The position numbers and the translations under genes were made by a program. A DNA stretch of 63,562 nt, filler included, from Stramenopiles sp. TOSAG23-2 (taxonomy: Eukaryota): assembly GCA_900128395.1 (NCBI GenBank). It is 13 parts of 13 records of this genome, joined end to end, with 100 filler letters (N's around TTAATTAATTAA, not from the genome) between each part and the next. Parts side by side here need not be neighbours in the genome. Positions count along the whole stretch, not along the records: positions 47,636 to 53,473 come from LT650579.1; positions 53,574 to 59,405 come from LT650580.1; positions 59,506 to 60,791 come from LT653263.1; positions 60,892 to 62,177 come from LT653264.1; 9 more parts are not named here. One strand, written 5' to 3'. The notes beneath the pieces were generated by a model. That model had not been told where the DNA came from, ran no database searches, and was given only the letters and a program-made list of their open reading frames with translations. Below, in pieces: positions 50,801-62,277 of this stretch. Each line of letters starts with the position of its first letter. Positions within the stretch are counted from its first letter, which is position 1.

Positions 50801-52799
50801 TCCATGATTGTGAATCAATCCAATGTGCATCCTCAAAGACAAAAATTGTGTTTTCTAACGATTGAAATATTTTTAAGCATACTTGAGCAGCACGTGCTTC
50901 TAAACGCCCATGCTCAAGCTGTGCACCATGCTCATCGCGTTTGGCTAATGTTGGCAATATGATACCAAGCGCGTTTACATCATCTTCCTCCAATTGGTGG
51001 TTAAACTTTAACGCCAACACTTCGCCGTACGAAGGCGAAGTTGATAGATTAGCAGCAGCAGTTAAAATTTGACCAAACGCAAAATATGGTGTTTGTTTTT
51101 CAATTGCAGATCCGGTACCCATCAAAAAACGCACGTTATCATCGATTGCTTCTCGTTGTAATTGCCATACAATCGCGCTTTTACCCATTCCAGCTAAACC
51201 TTCCAAAATATACGCACCACCTTTTTTTTCTTCCAACATTAATTTTAAACCAGCACGCAATTGCTTCATTTCCCCTTCGCGACCGACGAATACTCCTTTG
51301 TCAAGTTCGTTTTGATTTTTATGGCGTACCGCTCCTGCTTTTCTGCCAAAAGGACACAGTGCACGAAATGTACCATCTTTACCTTTCACTTCCATCGGAT
51401 TCGACATATCATATCCAATATAATTTTGTGTAGCATTGTAAACGCGTTCGCTCACTAGTATTTTACCTACATCAGCTTTTCCCATTAACCGTGCTGCCAT
51501 ATTTGTTTCAGCGCCCATGACAACAAAATCATTACGTGAAGGATGGCCACATATACCAGTAAAGCATTGTCCCATACTAATTCCAATTTTACAAGGGTCG
51601 CTCAATGATGAACATGCCGAGGATGCTTCCAATGCAAATAACACCGCTCTCAACGCATCAACTTCAGTGATTTGCGTAATACCAAAACATGCTATCATTG
51701 TACAACCTTTGTCCTCAAACAGAAAGTCACGCATTTGACCTTCGAATTTAGCAAGCACTGAACGCAATGCTGAGTACACGTCGTTTAAATGTGCTTCTTG
51801 CACTCCTTCCGATGTTGTGGACTGTTTTGCTAAGTCTGGTAGCGATAAAAACACAACCACAACACGCCGCCTTTCATTCTCAAATTGTGCGTTTCCCCCT
51901 TTGGCTCTTACAATTGGTGGGAGATACGCAGAGGCAATTTCTGGGCATGTGGATAGTTCTGCAGTGTATTGGTCAATCATGCTACCTCGCTTTGACATTC
52001 TCTTATTCATTTTATCCTGATCTTCTTCAAATGAAATGTCCGAGTATTTAGTTTCTCTTGTCAAAGTAACCCCACCATACACCAGTACAACCCCTGCCTT
52101 AGCCTTATCCAGCAAGCTTGCAGCAATCTTTATTGGTCTGCCTGCAATCAAAAACCATCTCTGTTTACTTCGTTCAAATTCAGCTCTTGACATGGTACTT
52201 TCATCATTTTTTTTCATCCTTTGTCTAGCGCTATTAGAACGAGGAGATGAACCACGTAACTCCTTCAAGTGTATCCTTTGTAGTGTCGCGCATGCTGATA
52301 TGCCACCGTGTAGATCAAGGTCAGGATTTGTCTCTTTGATGACTTTCAACATTTCGATTCCACATTCTTTGGCTCTTTCAAAAGCAGCAGATGCGCCTTC
52401 ATCTTCTGTATCACTAGGTATGGCACTAAACGTACATATCAAGCAATCCCCGGCAATTTTTACACACTCGCCCTCATACCTGTGTGTTACATTTACTAAT
52501 GCACTTATGGCAGCTGACATTTGAGCTGCAAATTCTTCAGCACCTTTTGCATCTCCGTGTTCAGCAGTTAACTTTTCCCCAAGGGCTGTAAATCCTGATA
52601 TATCTGCTAATAAAATTGATGCCTCTACTAGCTTCTTCGATGGTGCATCAAGCAATTCACCTTTCTTCATTATTTCTAGTCGAACACTTCTCGGAATTAA
52701 ACCAGCTCGTTTTGGATTTATAAATTTTGATGACACATCATTCGTTTTAATTTCTTTCCCTGGCAAATCAAGTTCCACTTTGTATTTATTTTCTGCCAT
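47805..52799 (-). CDS. ADCY10: Soluble adenylyl cyclase (ADCY10/sAC-like): two class III cyclase domains + STAND NTPase + helical/TPR-like region; 2 exons (52799-49044, 48962-47805), ~1637 aa
   Basis: C1 LADISGFTAL and VKIAGDCL; C2 FEDKG and GAETNMAARLM; FVGREGE; Walker A GLAGMGKS; Walker B FVFEDAHW; GGIPMY; FTHQII. An 81-nt phase-0 intron 48963-49043 (GTAAGT...CACAG) joins the two ORFs in frame. Confidence 0.92.
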
Positions 52800-54153
52800 T
52801 TTAAAGTAATATTTTTAAATTAATGCTATAAATCACAAGTCAATATTTAAAAAAAAAATAATAATAACGTTTTATAGATCAACCACTTGCAATAGTACAA
52901 ATACGTTATTAATTACCGTCTTTTTTTAAATGCGTGTGTCGCTTCACAATAAATGTCTTGATTGTATCAACCTATTTTTTCGTAAACAATATATATATCT
53001 TTTTCGTAATATCTGTGTATACATAAATCTATTCATTTTTATATTTTTTTCGATTCCGTTGGACAGTATTTTATTACTGTATTATTATTTTTATGCACGT
53101 GTTTTTCGTGTGGCATGTGGGCATGGGTTTCGCTGCCATACTGTACAGGTATACGAATAGCATACCACCAGTAGCGGGGTTTCCTGAGTAGGCATGGGTG
53201 AAATTAAAAGAATTATATCCAAAAAAAGGGTTTTAGACTCCTATATTTCCATGTTAAATAAGTCAATACAGTGATGCGTATTTGTACGAACCAATATTTC
53301 CCGATCATATCAAACTAGTCACCAGTCACCAGTCACAGAGATTTTCCTTGTGCCAGTATACTGGCCATCATACTTTAATATATACCATACGCACGCATAC
53401 ACACTTCACAAATTCCACAATTGACATAATTTCTCTAATACTTTTGGATGCAACATTTCCTGTACAGATACTTNNNNNNNNNNNNNNNNNNNNNNNNNNN
53501 NNNNNNNNNNNNNNNNNTTAATTAATTAANNNNNNNNNNNNNNNNNNNNNNNNNNNNNNNNNNNNNNNNNNNNATGAACGACTGATATGGTATCGACTGA
53601 TATGGTATATCTATGTTAAATTTCAGCCCGTAACAATTTAGTTTTTTGACTCCTTAAAGAAGTGGATAGTTGATGTACACATTTACAACAAAAAATATAA
53701 AAAATAAAAATTTATTATACAAATATATATATATAGAATTAATGCCAATAAAATATATAGAGAGCTCCATCTGCCGTCTTCGATGAGATAGATATGAATG
53801 TTTGTTGGCTTGGTCGCACTATTTTATTCATTGAAGAGTAGGAATTGTGTACACGAGTAGAAAATAAAGAAAGTTAAAATACGCGTACATTTTTAGTATA
53901 TAAATTATTTTAGTATATATATATATATATGATATATATATATAAGGAGTTAGGATTTAATATTGCACTTGATTGCCTCCTTCTTGTATCTTGTAGGGAT
54001 TGCAAATAACAGGGGTACGATACAACCAAAAGGAAAGAATTGGGAGAGAGAGGGGGGGGAAGCTATTCAATTTGAACGAAAATAGGTTGTCTTTGTATAT
54101 TTAGTGACGATACGATAACCTATATATTGGAAAAAAACAATCAAATACGAAAA

Positions 54154-55041
54154 ATGCAATCAAAGCAGTTATTAAGCAAACCAGAATTATGTACTATACG
54201 AATTAAAGATTGTCGGGAGGTACACAATAATAATAATAATAATAATAATCATGATAATGATGGCATCAAGTACAATAAAATGAAAACAAAACCAAAACGA
54301 TATGATCAAACTCGACATTATGAATTAATACTTCCATGTGAAGATAGAAAGTTATATTCTGACTTGGTACATATATACAAATCAGAAATTGAAATATTTA
54401 ATAAGTTTTTAATTTCAAAATCTGTTTCCATTTGTATTATTGGTAATGATTATACGACTACTCGAATCATTAACCAGACGTTACAAATTCACCAATCAAC
54501 GATGCATACGTATGGTGAAATAGATCAATTGCTACAAATAGTTGAACCATTCATAGATAATTGGGATTTTAGTGTAAAAAAGACGAAAAACAATTATATT
54601 GATCTTTGGAAACAACAAATTGAAACATTTCCAATCTATCAATATTATATTATATGTGATGATTCGTTTTACAATACTAATGACAACAGTCAAATAGATG
54701 AAAGTGATGCAAATGCACAACAGCAAGATACCATGCTTGCAAATCACCCACCAAAACGATATATTGAACGAATAAATAGATGGTTACAATTTATACATAA
54801 AATCAAAGATAAATTATTTACTAGAGGTGGAAAGAAAAATTTAATATATAGTTGTATTGTTAATAATACACCATGCAAATTCTTTATATTTGGTAATTAT
54901 AGATGGAACACTGCTAGTAAAATAGTTGAGAAAGCTTTACAATACTTTAATGAAAAAGATCTAAATGTCATTGCAATGGTTAGTGAACCAATATATCTAC
55001 ATCATTGTTTGACAAAATTGTTAGCAAATGGTGGAGAGTGA
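54154..55041 (+). CDS. Hypothetical protein, ~295 aa
   Basis: Long ORF with a poly-Asn tract like other genes here and a globular-looking composition. First ATG is at 54154 and no family was recognised. Confidence 0.65.
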   Translation: MQSKQLLSKPELCTIRIKDCREVHNNNNNNNNHDNDGIKYNKMKTKPKRYDQTRHYELILPCEDRKLYSDLVHIYKSEIEIFNKFLISKSVSICIIGNDYTTTRIINQTLQIHQSTMHTYGEIDQLLQIVEPFIDNWDFSVKKTKNNYIDLWKQQIETFPIYQYYIICDDSFYNTNDNSQIDESDANAQQQDTMLANHPPKRYIERINRWLQFIHKIKDKLFTRGGKKNLIYSCIVNNTPCKFFIFGNYRWNTASKIVEKALQYFNEKDLNVIAMVSEPIYLHHCLTKLLANGGE

Positions 55042-55393
55042 AAATATGTGCGGTTTCTGAGGATTATGTTATTAAGAAAGAGGTGGTACTCGAAGTATAG
55101 AGGTGTATATATACAGTATATGTATGATAATTGTTTATAAAAATATTTAATGTGGTATTTTATATTCTATCTAAGTGTCTACGGGTTTTCCCTTACTGTG
55201 TAACATAAAAATAGTAGCTCAGATAATATATTTTTTATTTTTTAACGCACACGCGCGCACACTCTCTTTTAAAAACAACATCTTTCGTGGGTCGTCTCTC
55301 TTGATATCTTGCCAGTCACTGCACACCGCACACCCTATCACCTCGTATCACACACCATTCACCATGTATTATCACCACCGCACATGTGTGTGT

Positions 55394-58300
55394 TTATAAT
55401 ATGTTTGCTGTAGTAAACTCAAGAAATTCTTTCCGTGTTACACGCCCATCTTTATTTGTCTTAAACTTTACAAAGTTACTTTCAAATTGGGTTGGAATTA
55501 AAAATGGTTCCAATCGTGGAAATGCATGAATTTTTTTTATAAGCTTAGGGTTATAGACAAAAGCTCTTAACATTTCCCTTTTTTCTAATACGCCATTTTT
55601 GTCCGTATCGATTAGATTGAAAATTTCTTCGATTGCATGATTTACATTTTCCTTTGCAGTATTATTGTTGGAATTTATGGATAAATTCTCGAATTTTATA
55701 TCAACTTCCATTTTTGTAGATGGGATGTATGACATGCCATTCTTGCTCTCTTTATCTTCCTCCTTTGCTTTTCCACTAGCATTAGCATGATCTCCATTTG
55801 TTGTTTTGTTCTCCGATGTATCAGCACTAGTATTTTTATTGTTAACCATCGACTCAATATCAGCAGTTTGAAGTTTTTCATTTACACGCTTCTCACTTTC
55901 CAATCTCAATGTTCTAGCAAATAATAAAACTTCGTCTATAGTTATTAAACCATCGTTGTTTTTATCTATACTTTCACATAATCCTTGTAAATCTTCTGCA
56001 TATGGCAATGGTTTCAAATATGGATGGCCGTCTAACATTTCTCTTACTTTCATATTGTATTTAATAGCTCGTATAAATGTAGTAGCAGTCACAACATCAT
56101 GATGGCCAGGTTTAAATTGGTTAAATATACTACGAATATATTGCCTTGTATCCATTTCGCTTAAAAATACCATTCGGTCGCCATTTTTGGTTACCAGCAA
56201 CTCTTTCTCAGGAAATAAAGAAGCAAAATAAGCACGGTCGCACATGAAAAAGTACATTTCATTTATGTCAATTGATCCATCATTATCTACATCAATTTCC
56301 ATTAAATCATTAATGTATGTATGTGGATTGCACAACGTAGTTAAGGCAGGTGTATCCAATAAAAACTTTTTTACATTAGGTTTTGTTTGAGCGCGTACTA
56401 AAAAATCAGTTATTTTAATTGATCCTTTATGTTCTGGATCAATTAATAAAAATAAATCATGTATACGCCGCAAAGTTAAATTTGAAGAAAACGTTAATAA
56501 CTCATCAACAGAGATCATATCGTCATTATTTATATCCATATCACGTATGACATTATTTTGTTTACGTATACATAACAAACTTAATAATTCCGGTCGTTTT
56601 CTTATGAAATCTTGTACATCATGTTTCAATCGTATTGCTCGTGTAAATCGTTGTATGGATATAGTCTCGTTATCATATGTAGGATCAATTAAACGAAATA
56701 ATTTCAATGCAGAATCTCGTGACATTGTTTTTCTAGTTTCGATATTTACTGTTTGTAAAATATTTTTATTTGCTAATTTCATTGGTTTACCATCATCGTT
56801 ATCCGCTTCATCTGCTTCTTTGATTGTATTAACATTGTTTGACAATGCTATTTGATTATCAGCAATCATAAATTCATTTCCATCTAGACTTAAAACTTGG
56901 TTTTCTTCTACGCGTACTATAAATGCATCCTGCCATTTATGGAAACGTTCATCTTCATTTTCCTTTGGTTTCAGACGCTTGTTTGCTGATTGAGTTGTTA
57001 CTAAACCGTGTCCATCGTAAAATCGTAACTGAACATTAGTTTGGTGTAATGACTTTGTGTGTTGCCCACCTGACAATACACTATCAAATATTCCACGTTG
57101 TTGTGCATGGAATCGAAACTCGGAATTTGGAACCAGCTTAACCAACGCTGATGTAGGCGCAATGCCATTTTCAGGCACAACGTCTAAGGTAGCTAAATCG
57201 GATTTACGGTCTTGTATCCACACCGTTTTATACGGAGCTTTTCGTACTTCATCTTCATCGTTGTCATATACATAATGTTCCACAATCAAATCTAATTTTT
57301 GCCTCAATGGGTACGTCCATGATAGTATCAAACGGCCATGACCAGGTGGTGGTACTGGACAAAGAAATGCAAAGTGGACACATGGAGTGACATATTCCGT
57401 TAAAACAGGTAAGTCCTCTTGATATGAAAAATAATCTGCCGAGCCTTGCCTTGCTGTAATGCATAACGACATATCAGAATGGATTGGTAGCATTTGAATA
57501 ATCGTTCCAGTCGCCGGGTTTGTATCTCGTTTCATTAACACTTCCCCGGTCAAGCGATGTTTAATTGTTACAGTTGCAACCAATGGCTTTGCAGTTGAAG
57601 CATCATATACGGTAAAATGATAAGGCCATCGTAGAGTTGGCATGCGAACACGATCATGAGTTTCACCGTAAACAACAATGCCACGTTTATGCAATTCCAC
57701 TTCTTCCCTTCTAGCAACATCAAATCCTTTTGCGGTATCTAAAAATCGCATTGCCTCTCTATCTTTCTCGATAGAGAATGGAACATGTGTCCATTCGGGT
57801 AAATATACACTTTCTTCATATCTTCCAATCGGTACAAAAAACTCAGCAAATCCATGCGCATTTGTTTTCCCAAGATGCCTGAAACCAGATCTCATATTTG
57901 TTAATGTGATACTTAAACCTGTTGCTTCAATTGAAGCCCCGTTTTCGAAATCGACCAGCGATACGCGTACATGCTGAATTTTAGGCATTAACGAAATAGT
58001 CAATTCGTGGATGGATTCTTTAAGTGAGGAAAGTAGACCACGTTTTCGTTTCTCCTCATCCCCAAGTGCAACTCCTATTCGTAATGGTGGGTGCCCTTTC
58101 GGATAAAATCCGGGAGCTTGAAAATGACAAACGTATGTTTCAGTTGAATTTAACATAATTTCGCTTTCACCTTTTAAATTTGTTACGATGTTCGTATGAA
58201 CACTTTCGTATTTATTGTGCCGTTTACCTTCCAATGCTGCTAATTCTTTTTTCGCATTTTTATGGTGCAACACTTGATCAAGACTTGCTTGTAAATTTTC

Positions 58301-59405
58301 ACTGGAATCGATTGAATGGATCGAAATACTAACGCCTGGAATGGGCACTTTATAATAGCCATCTAAAACTTTGAATTTTAGACGCGAACGAGCATTATGA
58401 TCATGATTGTATGGCCATTCATGCTGTACGTCTTTCAAATGATCAGATTCCATTGCTTCGGTAACTAATTTGACTGCCAATTCCGGAGTTGGCAACCATC
58501 CTTTTGAGCCAATTGCACTATACACTAAAGCTGGATGAGCACCTCTAAATTTTTGAAAAGAGATTTCAAATGCTCCAATTTTCGACTTAGTTGGTATTCC
58601 CCTGATTAAAATGGATGGATGTGCAACTTGAATAGCTTTAACAACTTCCGTAAATAATTTTCTAAATGCACCAGGCACGTGCCAAGTAGTTGCTTGATGC
58701 TCTTCGCAACAACTACAATATGTAATGTCAATACATGGACGTCTTGCTGTAGTATGTAAACGGAGTAGTGGCCACAAATTAGCGATTTGTTCTACGATAT
58801 GAAATTTTCTTGAAAATGGCATTTTTAAATTTTTCAAAAGCCATTCACCATTATCAATTCTATCAAGTGTGCATAATACTACTCCGGCATTCAAGCCTGC
58901 AACATTCACACTGTAAGAGCCTAATTCTTCCATTCCAGTTGTTATTGCCATAGTATTCGAAATTGGATGACCACGGCGTTTTCCTTCGCGGACTAACATG
59001 TTCACTACACTAGCATCATGCTCATGGCGATGAATTCGTAGAGTACACGTACCCAGTTGTGAACATGCGTCTCGGTAATTGCCATGAAGTACAAATACAA
59101 ATGATTTCACAGCTGTAGAAACTACGTTTAAATCAATATCAAATGTTTGTGCCACGGATGCCCAATTTCCTGGATTAGTCTCCACATCATGTATTGCTTT
59201 TCTCATATCCCGTGGCCTTCCATGCGCGACAACGGCATGGTCTTGTGAGTGTCCATAATATCGATGCACAGAATCTAGTGGGACCCCTGCAGCATCTAAT
59301 GCTATTAAAGCTAAATCCAAATTATTTATACCGGCAATTGCTAATGCATCATTGATGGTTTTTAACCGTGTTCTCCATGAAAATGCCATGGAAAATGATG
59401 TACGT
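55394..59405 (-). CDS. Multidomain protein: Rdx (SelW/SelH-like) CxxC domain, beta-sandwich repeats and multiple EF-hands; probably 5'-truncated
   Basis: IDITYCSCC...IGAFEISF...LVYS....G.LP is Rdx-like. Repeats of the form V.D...G.(P)I..(A).V.I follow. EF loops include DINNDDMISVDE, DVDNDGSIDINE, DKNNDGLITIDE and DTDKNGVLEKRE. Confidence 0.78.
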
Positions 59406-59848
59406 NNNNNNNNNNNNNNNNNNNNNNNNNNNNNNNNNNNNNNNNNNNNTTAATTAATTAANNNNNNNNNNNNNNNNNNNNNNNNNNNNNNNNNNNNNNN
59501 NNNNNCTTTTTTGATAAAAAAATACGAAGCTTCGTAAAAAATAAATCTTGGGTGAAAACATTTTTTTTTTGTCTTTTTTTTTTGAAGAAATATTTTTGTA
59601 AAAATTGTTTTTTTTTATTTTTTAAAAACACACACTCTCACTACCACCACACACGTTTAGAACAAACACACACTAGATACTCTAGATGCATCTATAAATA
59701 ATACGCAATCTCACTCTACAACACACATTTAGAAACGTACAACCTCATAGTTTCCTTTGTTTACTCCCAATAAAGAACTACGTGTTCTAAAAAAAAACAC
59801 ACATATATCTAAAAACACTCACCCCTCTTCCCCCTTCTTGGAGTTCTT

Positions 59849-60694
59849 TTACGTATACACATATATAAACAACATGATGCAAAAAGTAATAGTTAAAAAC
59901 AATATCATACATAAATAACCATTGTTATTTGTTTTTAATAATTTTTGCATTCCAACTTGTAATTGTCCAAATCTACCATTAAATGTATCGACATCTTCAC
60001 TAAATTCATTTAATAAACGATTTTGTTCATCTAATTCTGTACCAATATCTATTGCCATGGAATGTATATTACTAACACCTTGATCTAATGTATCAATCAC
60101 TTCATCTTGTTCAGCAAATATACGTTCTTTATCTTTTTCTTGCATTTGTACAAATTCACGATTACCTTCTTGATATTTATTACTATTAATACCACCTACG
60201 TGTGGATCATTGTTTTTTTTTCGTCCCATTAATATTAAACGTTTATCTTTCTCAATCTTACCTAATGTATCCTGAGAACGCATTTTTTCTTTTAATTGCC
60301 TTACAGTATGTCGTGTTTTTGCTATGTATTTTTTACGTGAATTTAATTCATTATCATCAATATATGCAAATTTTTTACGTTGTTTTTCTACTGTTTTAAT
60401 AGCAATACGTTCTAGTTCATTTAATTCACGTATGATACCATCGACGTCACGAAATAAGGAACGATTTACTTTTTTAAATTCACGATTGGTTGCTGTATTT
60501 GTTGTTTTTAATAAATTATCCCATATATTAAATTTTTGTCTGGTTTGTTTCACACGTGTATCTAATTCACCTTTAAATGCATAAAATGGATCTTGTCCAC
60601 CTATCGAACCTTGTGATGCTATTAATGGTCTTGTATCCATTTTATTGTTATTATTATTGTTGTTGTTATTATTTCGATGATAATTGTTGTTCAT
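59849..60694 (-). CDS. STX6: Syntaxin-6/SYP61/Tlg1-like Qc-SNARE
   Basis: N-terminal DPFY..K, ELNSRKKYI, SNARE motif EQDEVIDTL...IGTELDEQNRLL and a C-terminal TM anchor. Confidence 0.9.
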   Translation of the reverse strand: MNNNYHRNNNNNNNNNNKMDTRPLIASQGSIGGQDPFYAFKGELDTRVKQTRQKFNIWDNLLKTTNTATNREFKKVNRSLFRDVDGIIRELNELERIAIKTVEKQRKKFAYIDDNELNSRKKYIAKTRHTVRQLKEKMRSQDTLGKIEKDKRLILMGRKKNNDPHVGGINSNKYQEGNREFVQMQEKDKERIFAEQDEVIDTLDQGVSNIHSMAIDIGTELDEQNRLLNEFSEDVDTFNGRFGQLQVGMQKLLKTNNNGYLCMILFLTITFCIMLFIYVYT

Positions 60695-61331
60695 CAACTA
60701 TGTATGTGTGTGTGGATGTGTGTGTGGATGTTGTCGTATATATGTATAATAATTTGATTGTATTATTATTATTATTATTATTATATTCACTNNNNNNNNN
60801 NNNNNNNNNNNNNNNNNNNNNNNNNNNNNNNNNNNTTAATTAATTAANNNNNNNNNNNNNNNNNNNNNNNNNNNNNNNNNNNNNNNNNNNNCACATGTTT
60901 TTCAATAAAAAGTAGAAATATATATGTTAAAGTGGTATAAATGTATAGATTAGAATACTAAATATTGTACTTAAATATACCCTATTATATAGTACTTTTT
61001 TTTATTGATCCTCCTGATCTTATCTCACATGGGTCATATATTATAATGTGTGTAAAAATGTGTACGAACTCGGTACTCGTACAAAAATGTATTATTATAG
61101 GAGATTAATTTTAGAGGAACAATAGATCTAGGAGATTAGTTTTTAGAGAGCGTGGAGAGAACAATTTTTATACGAACCCTGTATAAAAAATAATTTTTGT
61201 GAGTGTTTTGAAAAACAAAAATTACGAATTTTACGAACTACGAACGTAATATTATAATACGAAGTACGTATATGTTTTACAACACTCTGACACTCTGATG
61301 TGTCTCTTTCCCACTTTCCTTCTCTCGTTAT

Positions 61332-62177
61332 TTAATGATTTAAATCACCATTACCTGCTCCTACATTTCTACCATTTTCATCATAATAAAATTTGCTTTT
61401 TCCACCTTTTGAACGTAAAAGTGCAATGATCTCTTGTTTAATATTCGGACTAGCATGACGATTATCATATGCCCAGTCCAGGGGAGTGTATCCCCTGTAC
61501 ACCCCCCTGTCCTTCTTATTAATGCTATCAAGAGACATATGAGTTAATAACAATCGAATCAACTTAGTATCCTTTTTGTTATAACCTGCTGCATAATGTA
61601 ATGCATTATTTCCATATTCACTATCTGCAATATTAGGATCAGCTTCACCTTGTTCAATTAAATATTTAACGANNNNNNNNNNNNNNNNNNNNNNNNNNNN
61701 NNNNNNNNNNNNNNNNNNNNNNNNNNNNNNNNNNNNNNNNNNNNNNNNNNNNNNNNNNNNNNNNNNNTATTAGGATCAGCTTCACCTTGTTCAATTAAAT
61801 ATTTAACTACTTGGAAATGTTCGTTCGCTGCAGCTATCATTAAAGGTGTACGTTCATTACCACCACTAGTTCCACCGACTTGATGAACCATATCTTTCAA
61901 TGTCATATCATCTCTGTAGCCATTCACATCACGATTAGTAATATACTTGTGAAAAGGATGAAGATTCACAAATAATTCTACATCATCCATACGCCCGCGT
62001 TGACATGCACATACGATAGGTGTTGGTACTGCATCTTCTCCTCCATATCCTGTACCACGTGGAAACTCCCTTTTATATCTTTCAATTAATAAATAAAGTC
62101 TTTTCGCTGGATGTGTTAGTATTATCTCATTGATACTTCTTCTACCTTCATAACTTAGACTCAATGCTATATCACGA
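61332..62177 (-). CDS. Ankyrin-repeat protein, 5'-truncated, with internal N gap 61673-61767
   Basis: Motifs TPIVCACQRG, TPLMIAAANEHFQVVKYLIEQGEADPN, GNNALHYAA and GYTPLDWA. Confidence 0.85.
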
Positions 62178-62277
62178 NNNNNNNNNNNNNNNNNNNNNNN
62201 NNNNNNNNNNNNNNNNNNNNNTTAATTAATTAANNNNNNNNNNNNNNNNNNNNNNNNNNNNNNNNNNNNNNNNNNNN

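Noticed and set aside
33990-52799. Apparent cAMP/Ca2+ signalling cluster (CNB protein, adenylyl cyclase, EF-hand proteins)
   Set aside because: The genes lie on different contigs ordered by length, so their proximity is artificial.
58700-58740. Selenoprotein (Sec) in the Rdx-like domain
   Set aside because: The motif is encoded by Cys codons and there is no in-frame TGA.
61631-61807. Identical 40-nt sequences flanking the internal N gap as a mobile-element TSD
   Set aside because: The sequence encodes the ankyrin segment VKYLIEQGEADPN. It is either a repeat unit or an uncollapsed scaffold overlap.
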